Both the position numbers and the translations under genes were made by a program. Shown piece after piece: positions 19,087 to 29,349 of a stretch of DNA of 64,000 bases. Source of the stretch: an uncultured Gammaproteobacteria bacterium (GTDB lineage: Bacteria; Patescibacteriota; Patescibacteriia; UBA9934); contig CAZKGL010000001.1 of NCBI GenBank assembly GCA_964552565.1, positions 499,061-563,060 on the forward strand, written 5' to 3'. Every line of letters starts with the position of its first letter. The first letter of the stretch is position 1. The notes beneath the pieces were generated by a model that saw nothing but the letters and a program-made list of their open reading frames with translations, had not been told where the DNA came from and made no database searches.

Positions 19087-19941
19087 TTATGCGAGGACCT
19101 TTTCTTTTTGCTCAAGCACCTCGGCGGCGAGTTCGATGAGCTCTTCAACACGGCTCTGCGGCAGTCCCGTCCGCCGCACGATGTCCTCAGTCTCATGCCG
19201 CGTCATGTCTTGGCACAAGATGAACCCGGCATTTGCGCATGCATGGAGCTCGTCGTCCGTCAGCCCGGCAAGCACGGTGACGGGGTAGAGTTTCGTTCCG
19301 TCGATCATGCTCGCCAACCCTTTGCCGTCCGGGTATTTCCAGCCGATCAGCCGCATCCCCTTGCACGTCCCGTAGCGCAGCGCGCGGTCGGAAAAGAGCC
19401 CGTTCGTGAGGATCCAGAACTCGTCAAAACGGGGACACAACTGCAATGCCGCGCCGTCGAGCAGGTCGAGATGCCGCGCGTACGAGGCCATCACGTCCTT
19501 GAGCCGCACGTGGTCGGTAAAACTATTGCGGAACTTGCACTCGATCGCGTAGGCGCGCTCGCCCTTCGTCGCGAGGACGTCGACCTCGTGGCGGACGCAT
19601 GCGCCCTGCAGCTCTTCCGGCAACTCCGTCTCATAGCCTTGCGTCCGCAAAAGGGCGGCGGTGTATTTTTCGAAAAGGAATCCGGCGGGTCCGAGACGCA
19701 GCAGCGCGTCACGCAGCGTATACCGGCACGCGACGCAGCGGTTCGTCGCGCGGAGCGCGCGTTCGACCAACGCGTAGATTTCGCGCGTCGAAGCCCCATC
19801 CTTTACCCGCGGCCGGACAAACTTCAACACGGCGGCGACGTCGTCGGCCTTGCCGCCGGCGCGGAAAATGCTCGCGCGGATTTTCTCCTCGTCAAACGGG
19901 ACGCGGTCGCCGCTCGACTTCACGATCATGGGCTGCGCCAC
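19087..19941 (-). CDS. ATP-cone domain fused to Mrr-like restriction endonuclease (PD-(D/E)XK)
   Basis: N-terminal ATP-cone (KSSGDRVPFDEEKIRASI), catalytic core EVDVLATKGERAYAIECKF. Confidence 0.65.
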   Translation of the reverse strand: MAQPMIVKSSGDRVPFDEEKIRASIFRAGGKADDVAAVLKFVRPRVKDGASTREIYALVERALRATNRCVACRYTLRDALLRLGPAGFLFEKYTAALLRTQGYETELPEELQGACVRHEVDVLATKGERAYAIECKFRNSFTDHVRLKDVMASYARHLDLLDGAALQLCPRFDEFWILTNGLFSDRALRYGTCKGMRLIGWKYPDGKGLASMIDGTKLYPVTVLAGLTDDELHACANAGFILCQDMTRHETEDIVRRTGLPQSRVEELIELAAEVLEQKEKVLA

Positions 19942-19947
19942 ATGGCG

Positions 19948-21126
19948 CTATTGTAGCACGACCGTCGCGAGCAATGCCCGTCCCTTCTCCTCCCACTCGG
20001 CCAAACCGAGTGTTTGCTTTTCCAAAATGTAATCCGCGACCAGTTGCACCGCGGCGTCGTTGTCCGTTGCGGCGTGTGCAGTGGCATATGCCTCGATGAA
20101 CGCGTAATGCAGCTCCTCGCGCACCGCATCGTCCTCCACTTGGCGCCAGGTCTCTTCGTCAACGACAAGTGCAGTGCCTTCCGCGGTCGTCAGCGCGTCG
20201 CGCAAATACGCGACCAACTCCGCCTGGACATCCCCGAGTGTGCGGTCCGACAGGTCGTCCTTGCTTAGGTAGGGACGGATGCGGTCAAGCAACGCGGCGA
20301 TCTGCGCGTCGGGATCTTCCAAATCGAGGTGGTAGTCGACCGTCTCGTAAAACGGCTTCATATCGTACGTCACCGCGCCGTCGCGGGACATGTCGGCCTT
20401 CGCCAAGCCCTCGTACAGCGCCCGCGCCGTCCCAAAATCCATGTCGGTCTCGACAAACGTGTACAGGACGTACTGCAGCGTGGCGCCGAGCGCCGCGTCC
20501 GGCGTCGCAAACCGCGCCAAGAGGTCGCCGACAAACACCGCCTGGTTGTGGCTGCGCTGCGGGTCGCCGATCTGGTAGCTCTGCCGATGCCGCAGCCATT
20601 GCAGCGTCGAGGTCGTCGGCAAATTGAGCGCGCGCAGCGATCCGAGGACTTGCGAGAACCCCGCAGTCACGATGTAGTCGGCCTGGACGCCGATGACGCG
20701 CTCGATCTGGTCGATGCCGTAATCGAGACCCGCATACCCGCATGCGTTTGCAATGTAGTATTCGTTCGGCGAGTAATTGCCCGGCGGGATATAGGCGTAC
20801 GTGCCGCGCGGCACCGACGTGATGCGCACCGTCCAGTCCGAGACGTTCACGGACGCCATGTGGATGGCGTCGCAATGCTGCTCCTTCCCTTCCTTGCGCG
20901 AATCGATGCCGAGCAACAGCACGTTGACCACGTCGTCCTCGCCGAACGGGACGGAATCCGCGGTGACGATGGCGCGCGTCCGCGCCGCAAGGACGTTGTC
21001 GACCACTTCGTCGATCGGCGGCGTCGCGGCCGTAATCTCTTGCGCGGGTTTGCGGAGCAGCAAATAGCCTCCCAAGACACATGCGAGGACCGCGAGCGTG
21101 ATAATGAAGGCGCGGCGAGGGGACAT
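19948..21126 (-). CDS. LytR-CpsA-Psr (LCP) family cell-envelope phosphotransferase
   Basis: N-terminal TM, NVLLLGIDSR...D...ITSVPRGTY LCP signature. Confidence 0.75.
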   Translation of the reverse strand: MSPRRAFIITLAVLACVLGGYLLLRKPAQEITAATPPIDEVVDNVLAARTRAIVTADSVPFGEDDVVNVLLLGIDSRKEGKEQHCDAIHMASVNVSDWTVRITSVPRGTYAYIPPGNYSPNEYYIANACGYAGLDYGIDQIERVIGVQADYIVTAGFSQVLGSLRALNLPTTSTLQWLRHRQSYQIGDPQRSHNQAVFVGDLLARFATPDAALGATLQYVLYTFVETDMDFGTARALYEGLAKADMSRDGAVTYDMKPFYETVDYHLDLEDPDAQIAALLDRIRPYLSKDDLSDRTLGDVQAELVAYLRDALTTAEGTALVVDEETWRQVEDDAVREELHYAFIEAYATAHAATDNDAAVQLVADYILEKQTLGLAEWEEKGRALLATVVLQ

Positions 21127-21129
21127 GGG

Positions 21130-22134
21130 TTATGCGGTCGGGATGGTCGATGCGAGGTGGTGCTGACCCTTTGCGCGGGCGAGGTTATGGCTCTTGCGGT
21201 CGGGGTATCGCGACGCGTCAAAGCCGAAATAGTTGTCACGGACGATATCGATGAGGAAGCGGCTCGCGAGCTCGAGCGCGATCTGTTTCGTCGCGCGCAG
21301 ATGCAGCACGCGGTCTTCGGGCGACGCCGCGACGCCGCGCCCCTCCGCGTAGCCCGCCTCCGCGGCGGCAAAAAGGGCGGCATCGAACGTCGCGTCGGGG
21401 TCGTCCTCGGCGGTCGGATTGCACCACGACCGGAAGGCGTCGCCAAGGTCAACCGCGGGGTAGTGCCAAAGGATCGTGTCGAAGTCGATGACGCCGACCG
21501 CGGCCCCGTCCGCGTCGAACACGATGTTCGAGATCTTCAGGTCGGCGTGGCTGACCTGCTTCCTGCCCGCATCGTCGCCGATGATGAGCGGCGGGAGCGT
21601 CGCGAGGATATCGTCCGCAATCGCCTTCGCCTCGTCCGGCAAGTCGTCCGCGATGCTGCGGAGCTCGTCGACAAAAAACGCGGTGTCGTGGAAATGCGGG
21701 ATGCTCCCCTTCGGCGTGTAGTCGAGCTCGGCCAGGTGCCGATGCATTTCGCCCACGATGCGCCCGGCGCTCCGCGCCATGTCCGGGCTCGCAAGCGCGT
21801 CGACGATGGTGCCGGCGATCCACGGATACACCCGCCATCGGTCGCCCGCGGCGTCGCGGACGAACAGCCCGCCGTCGCGCGTCGTCATGAGCGTCGGGAC
21901 CTTCATGCCGCGCATGGCGAGGAACGCGGTCACGACCTGCATGTCCCCCGCCGCAGCGTCCGGGATGACCTTGTGGATCTTCTGCAATACAAAATCGCCC
22001 CCTTCGGTCACCACGCGGTACGTGGTGTTAATGAGGCCGGTGCCGACCGGGACGACGGACTCGACGGTGCCGATGTCGTAGTGCGTGAGAATGTCCTTCG
22101 TATGCATAGCGTTTTTCTTTCTCTGTTTTAGCAC
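21130..22134 (-). CDS. aminoglycoside-phosphotransferase/choline-kinase-fold kinase
   Basis: catalytic loop HADLKISNIVFD and DFD metal-binding motif of APH-fold kinases. Confidence 0.6.
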   Translation of the reverse strand: MLKQRKKNAMHTKDILTHYDIGTVESVVPVGTGLINTTYRVVTEGGDFVLQKIHKVIPDAAAGDMQVVTAFLAMRGMKVPTLMTTRDGGLFVRDAAGDRWRVYPWIAGTIVDALASPDMARSAGRIVGEMHRHLAELDYTPKGSIPHFHDTAFFVDELRSIADDLPDEAKAIADDILATLPPLIIGDDAGRKQVSHADLKISNIVFDADGAAVGVIDFDTILWHYPAVDLGDAFRSWCNPTAEDDPDATFDAALFAAAEAGYAEGRGVAASPEDRVLHLRATKQIALELASRFLIDIVRDNYFGFDASRYPDRKSHNLARAKGQHHLASTIPTA

Positions 22135-22194
22135 TGCCGCAGCAAAAACAAAACCCCCCGCGGATGCAGGGAGTTTTGCTGATATTCACACGGT

Positions 22195-22479
22195 TTACAG
22201 GAGAGCCTCCTTCGCGGCTTTCCCGACGGCGAACTTGAGGACGGTCTTTGCCGGAATCTGGATCGTCGCACCGGTCGCCGGGTTGCGGCCCTGGCGGGCG
22301 GCGCGATGCTTCTTGGCGAGCTTGCCGAGGCCCGGGAGGACCACTTCGCCGGCGCGCTTCACTTCGCTGTACATGAGGCCGACCATGCCCTCCCACATGT
22401 CACCCGCCTGCTTCTTGCTGACACCCCACTTCTCTGAGAGTTCAGCGACGAGCTGGGACTTCGTAAGACGCTTTGCCAT
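22195..22479 (-). CDS. hup: DNA-binding protein HU
   Basis: 94 aa, MAKRLTKSQLV...RNPATGATIQIPAKTVLKF HU arm signature; AT-rich promoter upstream. Confidence 0.9.
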   Translation of the reverse strand: MAKRLTKSQLVAELSEKWGVSKKQAGDMWEGMVGLMYSEVKRAGEVVLPGLGKLAKKHRAARQGRNPATGATIQIPAKTVLKFAVGKAAKEALL

Positions 22480-22685
22480 ACATTTCCGTCGTAATGACGT
22501 AAAAAATTTTAATTACGCCGTAAATCGTAACATATTTAAAAAATCGAGGAAATAGTTATGCACATGGGCTATTTTTTATCGAGGGAACCCACCCTGAGGC
22601 GCATGCCGAAGGGTCCTGTAGCGAGTTTGACTGGCTGCGGACCCCTCGCCTACGCTCGGGGTGGTTTCCTTGTGTTTATCCGATG

Positions 22686-23630
22686 TTACGGCTGCAGCGC
22701 CTCTTCAGGACTGCCGCCGTCGACAGTGATTTCGACCGAGTAGTCGTCGCCCATCACCTCGTTGACCGTCTTCACGATCTGCTCACGGATCGCCGTCACG
22801 CGGCACGAGCCGCCTGCGTCGATCTCCGACGAAAAGTCGAGCGAGACCTTTGCGCCGTAATCGTTGACGTGGAGGCTGTTCAGCCGCACGCCGGCCGGGA
22901 TGCTCGACGCATAGCCGTCTGCGTCTTCCTCACTGGTCGCCCCTTCGAGAAGCGTCCAGATGGTGTGGGAGAGCGCGATGGCCGGAATCTCGCTGTCGAA
23001 GATGAACCGGTCGACGGCGTACACCGTGTCGCACTCGTTCCCCTCGCCCGCCATCTCGGCGTTCGTGAGGAAGATGCTCACCTCGCGGTCCTTGCCGAAG
23101 TACACCGGGATCGTCACCACGTTCTCCTCGCTGCCGTCGCGCGCCGAGGTGCTGAACACCTCGACCGTGCCGCGCTCGCCCGGCGTTGCCGAGTAATGCG
23201 CATAGATGACGAAGTCGCCATACTGGCCGATGTCCGGCGCATCCGCGGTCGTAAAGCCGCTGTCGAGCACGTCGCCCGACTCGTCCGTGAGCCGCCACTC
23301 GACCGTATTCTCAAAGACGCGGGCCTCGCCGACGATGACAAGCCAATGCGAACTGACGAACTGGTCCGGGTCCGGCAGCGTGACCTTCATATTCTCCGTG
23401 TCGCTCACGACCGCTTCGTCGCGCGCGGTGACGTCGTCGATGCCGTCGGCGTCCTCGTCTTCCTCGCTCGGCTTGCCGCCGTCCCCGCCGTTGCCGACGT
23501 CCGTATAGTCGTCACCCGTCCCGCTGCCGCCGTCGCCAAGACGGTCGCCGCCGATGGTTTGCGACCACACAAGGGCGCCGATGACGAGCACGGCGACGAT
23601 GGCGATGGCTGTCCAGAGTTTCTTATCCAT
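22686..23630 (-). CDS. GerMN-domain secreted protein
   Basis: N-terminal TM/signal, two GerMN-like repeats; approximate call. Confidence 0.5.
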   Translation of the reverse strand: MDKKLWTAIAIVAVLVIGALVWSQTIGGDRLGDGGSGTGDDYTDVGNGGDGGKPSEEDEDADGIDDVTARDEAVVSDTENMKVTLPDPDQFVSSHWLVIVGEARVFENTVEWRLTDESGDVLDSGFTTADAPDIGQYGDFVIYAHYSATPGERGTVEVFSTSARDGSEENVVTIPVYFGKDREVSIFLTNAEMAGEGNECDTVYAVDRFIFDSEIPAIALSHTIWTLLEGATSEEDADGYASSIPAGVRLNSLHVNDYGAKVSLDFSSEIDAGGSCRVTAIREQIVKTVNEVMGDDYSVEITVDGGSPEEALQP

Positions 23631-23641
23631 AGAAAAGAGGT

Positions 23642-24882
23642 TTATCGCGAATCGGGCGTCTCTGCAAGCGTCACCTCCACGTCGCGTTCTTCGCCGTCAT
23701 GGAGCACGCGCAAGGTCACCGTGTCGCCCGGCGACTTGTCGCGGAGCAGGATGTTGAGCGGCGTGTCTTCGGTCACCTCCTCGCCGTTGACCGCAAGGAT
23801 GATGTCGTTCTCCTCGATGTCGGCCTTGTCCGCAGGCGAGCCCGGGATGACCGCGAGCTGGTTGTTGTCGCCGCGGACGACGAGCGCGCCATGGTCGACC
23901 GAGAGGTTGTTCGCTTCGACGATCTCGTCGGTAATCGTCACGTAGCGCACGCCGAGGAACGGACGGATGATCTTGCCGAACTCGCGCATGTCGTCGACTG
24001 CGTCCTTCACGTCGTTCGACGGCAGCGCAAAGCCGATGTTCTCCGCGTACTGGCTCGCCGCGACGTTCACGCCGACGACAAACCCGTCGGTGTTGAGGAG
24101 CGGGCCGCCGCTGTTGCCGGAGTTGATGGCCGCGTCCGTCTGGATGACGTCCTGCAGGAGCTCGGATTCGTAGCCGCTGCTTGCGACCACGGTGCGAGAC
24201 AAGCCGGACACCACGCCGACGGAAACCGTGTTCGCAAACTCGCCGAGCGCGTTGCCGATGGCGATGACGGTCTGGCCCTGCTTGAGCGCGTCAGAGTCCG
24301 CGAACTCGAGGTACGGGAACGCGACGTCCGACTCGATCTTGAGGAGCGCGATGTCATAGCTGTCGCCGAGCGCGACGACGGTCGCTTCGTATTCATTGCC
24401 GTCGGTCGTGAACACGGTGTACGACGCCTCACGCACGTCGACGACGTGCTGGTTCGTCACGACGTAGCCGTCCGACGACACGATGAACCCGGAGCCGCTG
24501 CTCACTTCCTGTTCCTCCGTGCCGTTCTGGCGGTAGCGCGGAATGGAAAACCCATACCCGAAATCCTGGTAGTACTGCTCCATGATCGGCACGTCTTTCG
24601 TCGCGACGATCGACACGACGGCGGGGTTCACTTTTTCGACCACGTCGACGATGCTGTCGCTCTCTGCCGTACCGCTCACCGAGTACTCGTCCGACGGCTC
24701 GTCCCCGCCTGCGCCGATAAGGTCGCCGAAATCCCTCTCGCCGCCGAACAGGAGTACACCGCCGCCGATGGCGACGGCGAGCACGATGGCCGCGAGCGCG
24801 CCGAGGAAGCCGGCAATGAGGGACGGCGCAAGCGCGCGGACGGGACGAGTGGCTGAGGCTGGTGTCGTGTGCTGATCTTCCA
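23642..24882 (-). CDS. HtrA/DegP-type trypsin-like serine protease with PDZ domain
   Basis: His-Asp-Ser triad context (TNQHVV..., DIALLKI, GNSGGPL), C-terminal PDZ; start at MEDQHTT to avoid overlap with upstream gene. Confidence 0.8.
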
Positions 24883-24956
24883 TAGCAAAAGAAAGGCAAA
24901 GAATGAAAGAATCTGCGGTGAGCGCAGATATCATCATAGCAAAATACCCGGTTTTG

Positions 24957-25277
24957 TTACACTTTTCCGTAACGTTCGCGGATTTTTTCGAGGTTGAGCC
25001 GTGCGATGTCCGCAAGCGGAATGTGAAGCTCGGTGGCAAGTTGGGTGAGGTACCACAACACGTCGCCGAGTTCGTCGGCGACCCGTCGGCGGTCCTCCTG
25101 CGTCACATCCCCTTCGTGCTCCCGCCACATCTTTTTGACGACGTTCGCCACCTCGCCCGCTTCGCCTGCGAGGCCGAGCGTCGGGTAGATCGGGTTCTCA
25201 CCATGGCCCGGATACACGGCCGTCAACCGGCTCTCGCGCTGGTAGACCTCCCAGTCGGACATCTTCCCTTCTTCCAT
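24957..25277 (-). CDS. MazG-like all-alpha NTP pyrophosphohydrolase
   Basis: LAGEAGEVANVVKK...ELGDVLWYLTQLA EExxE/D motifs; start at internal Met MEEGKM. Confidence 0.7.
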   Translation of the reverse strand: MEEGKMSDWEVYQRESRLTAVYPGHGENPIYPTLGLAGEAGEVANVVKKMWREHEGDVTQEDRRRVADELGDVLWYLTQLATELHIPLADIARLNLEKIRERYGKV

Positions 25278-26283
25278 ATGAGATGCAATAACTCCCGTCC
25301 TTGTACACGACCTCGCCGTCGATCGCCACGTCGTCCGTAACCGCGAACACGTCGACGTGATACTTGCTCGAACGCTTCGGGAACCCCGGCTTCGCATAGA
25401 TGGTGTGCTTCTGGCCGAGCGAGAGGTGGATGCCGCACATGCGCTCGTAGCTGCCGATGTCGGTCAACCGGCGGTCGCGCGTCATGGCGCGGTTCAAGCC
25501 GAAGCCGAGCTCGCGCACCCACAGCTCCTCGTCCGCGCGGATCTGGTCGAGCACCTTCACAAACGATGCCGGCGCGCCGGGCGCGTCGACGATGATGCCC
25601 TTTTCGATACGTACAAGCACCGGTTCGTCCGGCACGATGACATGGAAGTCTGCATCGCCGAACGCAAAAAGCTTCGCGGCGCCGTTGACGCCCTCCATAC
25701 GCACCGGTTCGGTGAATACCTCGCCGATCGGGAATTGGCCACCGACGTTCTTCATGCCCGCGTAGTCGCCGATGTTCAGCTTCGCGTCCTCAAACGGCGT
25801 GTCGTACACGAGTTCCGCGCCCGCGCCGCGGAGCACGATACGCGACGCGGCGTCGATACGCGACTTCAGCGCCGGGCCGAGGGTGCGGTAATAGCCGGCG
25901 TCATACGCGAGCGCATCGATGTACGTCGGCCACTCCGCTTCCGGCATGCGCCCGAGGTGCGGATGCTCGATGACCTTCAGGCCGCGCGCAAACAGCTCGA
26001 GACGGAACCGGAACTCGTTCAGCCGGAAGCTTGACGACTGGACGAGCACTACAAGATCGCCCGCAGACAGGCGGTCGATGTGGGCGCGGACCTCCTCCGG
26101 GGACGTGGCGTTGAAATTGCACGCGATGGCTCCGGGGAGCGCCGCGCGGTACGCCTCGGCAAGGAGGCGCGCCAGGCCGCACTCGTCGTCATACACCAGT
26201 AAGGCCGGGCCGTCGGTGTGCCCGATGGCCTGCCTTACCGTGCTCATGACACTCTGCGCTGCCGCATCGGCGAGGGGATGCAT
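25198..26283 (-). CDS. M29-family (aminopeptidase T/AmpS-like) aminopeptidase
   Basis: full-length similarity pattern to thermophilic aminopeptidase family; 3' end overlaps MazG-like gene by ~80 nt in another frame (unresolved). Confidence 0.6.
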   Translation of the reverse strand: MHPLADAAAQSVMSTVRQAIGHTDGPALLVYDDECGLARLLAEAYRAALPGAIACNFNATSPEEVRAHIDRLSAGDLVVLVQSSSFRLNEFRFRLELFARGLKVIEHPHLGRMPEAEWPTYIDALAYDAGYYRTLGPALKSRIDAASRIVLRGAGAELVYDTPFEDAKLNIGDYAGMKNVGGQFPIGEVFTEPVRMEGVNGAAKLFAFGDADFHVIVPDEPVLVRIEKGIIVDAPGAPASFVKVLDQIRADEELWVRELGFGLNRAMTRDRRLTDIGSYERMCGIHLSLGQKHTIYAKPGFPKRSSKYHVDVFAVTDDVAIDGEVVYKDGSYCISYGRREDVRLGGLPAREPVDGRVSGPW

Positions 26284-26323
26284 ACCGGCGACAGCGTACC
26301 TGCTCGTCCCAAGTTCGGCAACG

Positions 26324-26665
26324 TTACGCGGCGTACACCTCTTCGTCTTCGCGGCGCGTCACGGTCATCTCGCTTCCGGCAAACGCATTGTAGAGCCACG
26401 AGACCAGGGCACCGAAGACGAGACCGTTCAAGAAGAGGACGGCGAGCGAGAGGATGAACCCGACCGCCGCGGTACCGCCATCAATCTGCGGGATGCCGAA
26501 GAGCGCGAGCGCACTCGAGCCGAAGATGAGGAACGACAGCAGGGCCATGACGACAAACGTAATGCCGATGGCCAGTGCCGACGCTTTCACATTCATCGTG
26601 TGCATACGACATTGGTGAAGAATAATCACCACCATCGTACCCCCGGCCCCGGGGCGCGCAAGCAC
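26324..26665 (-). CDS. small membrane protein
   Basis: 3 TM helices. Confidence 0.4.
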   Translation of the reverse strand: MLARPGAGGTMVVIILHQCRMHTMNVKASALAIGITFVVMALLSFLIFGSSALALFGIPQIDGGTAAVGFILSLAVLFLNGLVFGALVSWLYNAFAGSEMTVTRREDEEVYAA

Positions 26666-26671
26666 ATCGCG

Positions 26672-27040
26672 CTACGACTTCGGCGTGAAGTCGAGGGCGA
26701 GCGAGTTGATGCAGTAGCGGAGCCCCGTCGGCGCCGGGCCATCCGGGAACACGTGGCCGAGATGTGCGCCGCAGGAAGCGCACGTCACCTCGGTGCGCAC
26801 CATGCCGAGCGACGTGTCCTCGTGTGTCGTGACGTTTCCTTTGGCGACGACGTCGGCAAAGCTCGGCCAGCCGGTGCCGGAGTCAAACTTCGTACCGCTC
26901 GAGAACAGCGGCGTTCCGCAGTTCACGCAGACATACGTCCCCTCGTCATGGAAGTCGTAGTACTTGCCGCTGAACGGCGGCTCTGTGCCCTTCAGGAAAC
27001 AGATATTTTTCTGCTCGGGAGTAAGATTCGGATTCTGCAT
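26672..27040 (-). CDS. msrB: peptide-methionine (R)-S-oxide reductase MsrB
   Basis: two CxxC pairs (CVNCGTPLF..., [12 protein letters not shown]) and catalytic RYCINS. Confidence 0.9.
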   Translation of the reverse strand: MQNPNLTPEQKNICFLKGTEPPFSGKYYDFHDEGTYVCVNCGTPLFSSGTKFDSGTGWPSFADVVAKGNVTTHEDTSLGMVRTEVTCASCGAHLGHVFPDGPAPTGLRYCINSLALDFTPKS

Positions 27041-27042
27041 AC

Positions 27043-27492
27043 CTACTCAAACTGCACGGGCACGATAAGCTCGTCGTCGTACTCGGGCAGGCCCGACGGG
27101 TTGTCCTTTGCGAGCACGAGGTAGCCCTCGGTCGTCCCTTCGGGAACGGTAAAATGCACCGTCGCCGAGAACGGAACAAAGTCCTCCGTCATCCATTCGT
27201 CCTCCGCCTGCGCGTACCCCTGGCCGATCTGGTCTCCATCCTCGTCCCACACAAAGACCGGGAAAGTCGCTTCGAAGTACCACGTCCCGCGCGCCTCGCC
27301 GGTGATGATGATCGGGCTCACAATGGCGGCGTTTTCCGCGGGCGACGTGACGAAAATGAGATCCGCCTTTTCGTCGGCGTTCCCGAGGTCGTCTGCAGGC
27401 GCAGGAGCCTGCGTGCATCCTGCACCGAGGAGGAGCAGTGCCGCTGCGGTGATGGCAAAGGAGATTTTCATAGTGATACAAGTATGCCACAA
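27043..27492 (-). CDS. lipoprotein, unknown function
   Basis: signal + lipobox LLGAGC. Confidence 0.5.
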   Translation of the reverse strand: MWHTCITMKISFAITAAALLLLGAGCTQAPAPADDLGNADEKADLIFVTSPAENAAIVSPIIITGEARGTWYFEATFPVFVWDEDGDQIGQGYAQAEDEWMTEDFVPFSATVHFTVPEGTTEGYLVLAKDNPSGLPEYDDELIVPVQFE

Positions 27493-27583
27493 GTAAGGAA
27501 AGTGCCCCGCACACTTCCCACCAGGCCCGAGAATGGTGAAATCTGCTGGAGAGGGCCTGAGGAAAGGGTGCGGAGCAAGCCTC

Positions 27584-29047
27584 CTAGTCGAAGTCGACGG
27601 GACCGGGGTCGGAGACGGCGCTCATGAAGAGGAACGTCGCGCCGCCGAGCGAACCCGTGAGGGACGCTGAGGGCGACGCCGCCGCCCAGTCCTCCATGCC
27701 GTCGCCGTTCATGTCGCCGACCGCCGCGACCGTCTTGCCGCGGAAGTCGTACGCCGCGTCGCCGGCCGTGTAGCCGTACGCGTCGACGCCGAGCTCCATG
27801 CTGCCCGCGATCGGGCCGAGCACGAGGTACGCGTGGCCGGCGTCCACGATGCCGTCGTGGTCCGCGTTCGTGGCACCGACGATGAGGTCGGTCGCGCCGT
27901 CGCCGTCGTGGTCGAGCGTCGCGACGCTGCCGCCGGCGAAGTCCCCCAGCTCCTCCCCGCGGAGCACGGCCAGGGGCTCCGCATCGTCCGCGGCCGTGAG
28001 CGGGGCGCCGATGACGACGACCGCGCCCCTGTCCTCCTCCATGCCGGGAACGCCGACCACGAGGTCGAGCGTCCCGTCGCCATCGACGTCCGTCGCGGCG
28101 AGGCTCGCGCCGAAGCGCTCCGCCGGATGGCTGGCCGCCCAGTCCCTGTCCGCATCGGCGGCGGCGATCTCCCCGGCCCCGCCGGAGAAGACGTACACGG
28201 TGCCGCCGTCCGGATCCTCGGCCGAGACGTTCGGCGAGGACGTGACGATCTCGTCCGTGCCGTCGGCGTCGAGGTCGGCCATGAGGAGCGCGGTGCCCAT
28301 CATGTCGCCCAAGTCCGCGCCGTGGATCGTCGCGACCGGCGCGCCGAGGCCGGTGGCGCTGCCGAGCGTCACCGTGACCGCGCCGCCGTTCGAGAGCGGG
28401 GCGCTTGCCGCGAGGTCGTCGACCCCGTCGGCGTTCACGTCACCGACCGCGACCTTCCAGCCGAACCGGCTGTCGTCGTTGTCGATGGAGATGCGCTGCG
28501 CCCCGGAGAGGAGCACATCGCCCTCCTGCGTGCCGTACAGGATGTACGCGACGCCGCCCATGACGCCGCCGATGTTCGCGTACGGCGCGCCGACCACGAG
28601 GTCGTTGACGCCGTCCGCGTTGACGTCGCCCTGCGCGAGGCTCGAACCCGCGCCGTCGCCGCCCATCTCGCCGTAGATGCGGAGCGTGGACGCCGCGGTG
28701 AGCTCGTTGCCATCCGTGAGCGGGCCGTGCACGAGGTAGGCCATGCCCGCCGGCGCGTCGATGACGGTGTGCGCGGTGTCGTCCGGGTCGTAGCCCGGCG
28801 CACCGACGTACAGGTCACCGTAGCCGTCGGCGTTCACGTCGCCGGCCGCCATGAGCGCGAAGCCGGAGAACCGGTGCGCGTCGCCGACGAGCTGCGCGTC
28901 GCTGTCGAGCGCGATCGGCTCCGCGGCAGCGTCACCGTCCGTGTCGTCCGTCCCCCCACTCCCCCCGTTGTCCTCTTCCCTGTCGCCACCGTCCGGCACG
29001 GGGCGGATGCACCCGGCGATCGACAAGAAGAGCAGCCCCCTCAGCAT
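27584..29047 (-). CDS. FG-GAP repeat (integrin-alpha-like beta-propeller) lipoprotein
   Basis: repeated GDVNADGxxDLxVGAP units; lipoprotein signal from MLRGLLFLSIAGC. Confidence 0.7.
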   Translation of the reverse strand: MLRGLLFLSIAGCIRPVPDGGDREEDNGGSGGTDDTDGDAAAEPIALDSDAQLVGDAHRFSGFALMAAGDVNADGYGDLYVGAPGYDPDDTAHTVIDAPAGMAYLVHGPLTDGNELTAASTLRIYGEMGGDGAGSSLAQGDVNADGVNDLVVGAPYANIGGVMGGVAYILYGTQEGDVLLSGAQRISIDNDDSRFGWKVAVGDVNADGVDDLAASAPLSNGGAVTVTLGSATGLGAPVATIHGADLGDMMGTALLMADLDADGTDEIVTSSPNVSAEDPDGGTVYVFSGGAGEIAAADADRDWAASHPAERFGASLAATDVDGDGTLDLVVGVPGMEEDRGAVVVIGAPLTAADDAEPLAVLRGEELGDFAGGSVATLDHDGDGATDLIVGATNADHDGIVDAGHAYLVLGPIAGSMELGVDAYGYTAGDAAYDFRGKTVAAVGDMNGDGMEDWAAASPSASLTGSLGGATFLFMSAVSDPGPVDFD

Positions 29048-29267
29048 ACAGTCCCCCTTTTCTGAGCCCGAAGCGGACTCATGGCCACCTTGTCCCCGCC
29101 GGGCCAAGTTGTCGAGGCAGACTCCAAAAACATCGCTTGGTTGAGCGATATTCCACGTATGGCCTGTGCATACCTGGGCTTTTCATTTTCTGGCGAACCT
29201 TTTGCGCAGACGACCCGGCACTACGAAGGGTCCGACCCCTTCCGGTGGCCGGGTCCTTCTATTATTT

Positions 29268-29327
29268 GCAACATAACCATCCAGAGGAGCGTAAGCGACG
29301 AAGGATCCCTCGCTTCACTCGGGATGG
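29268..29327. repeat. degenerate short copy of family-B palindromic element
   Basis: AACCATCCAGAGGAGCG...GGATCCCTCGCTTCACTCGGGATGG; directly downstream of TspO stop. Confidence 0.45.
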
Positions 29328-29349
29328 GAACTGCTTCTTGCCACGCAAG

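Noticed and set aside
29110-29260. RNase P / SRP / 6S RNA in the long non-coding gap
   Set aside because: None of the conserved motifs (e.g. GGAAAGUCCGG for RNase P, GGAA/AGCAG of SRP domain IV) are present.
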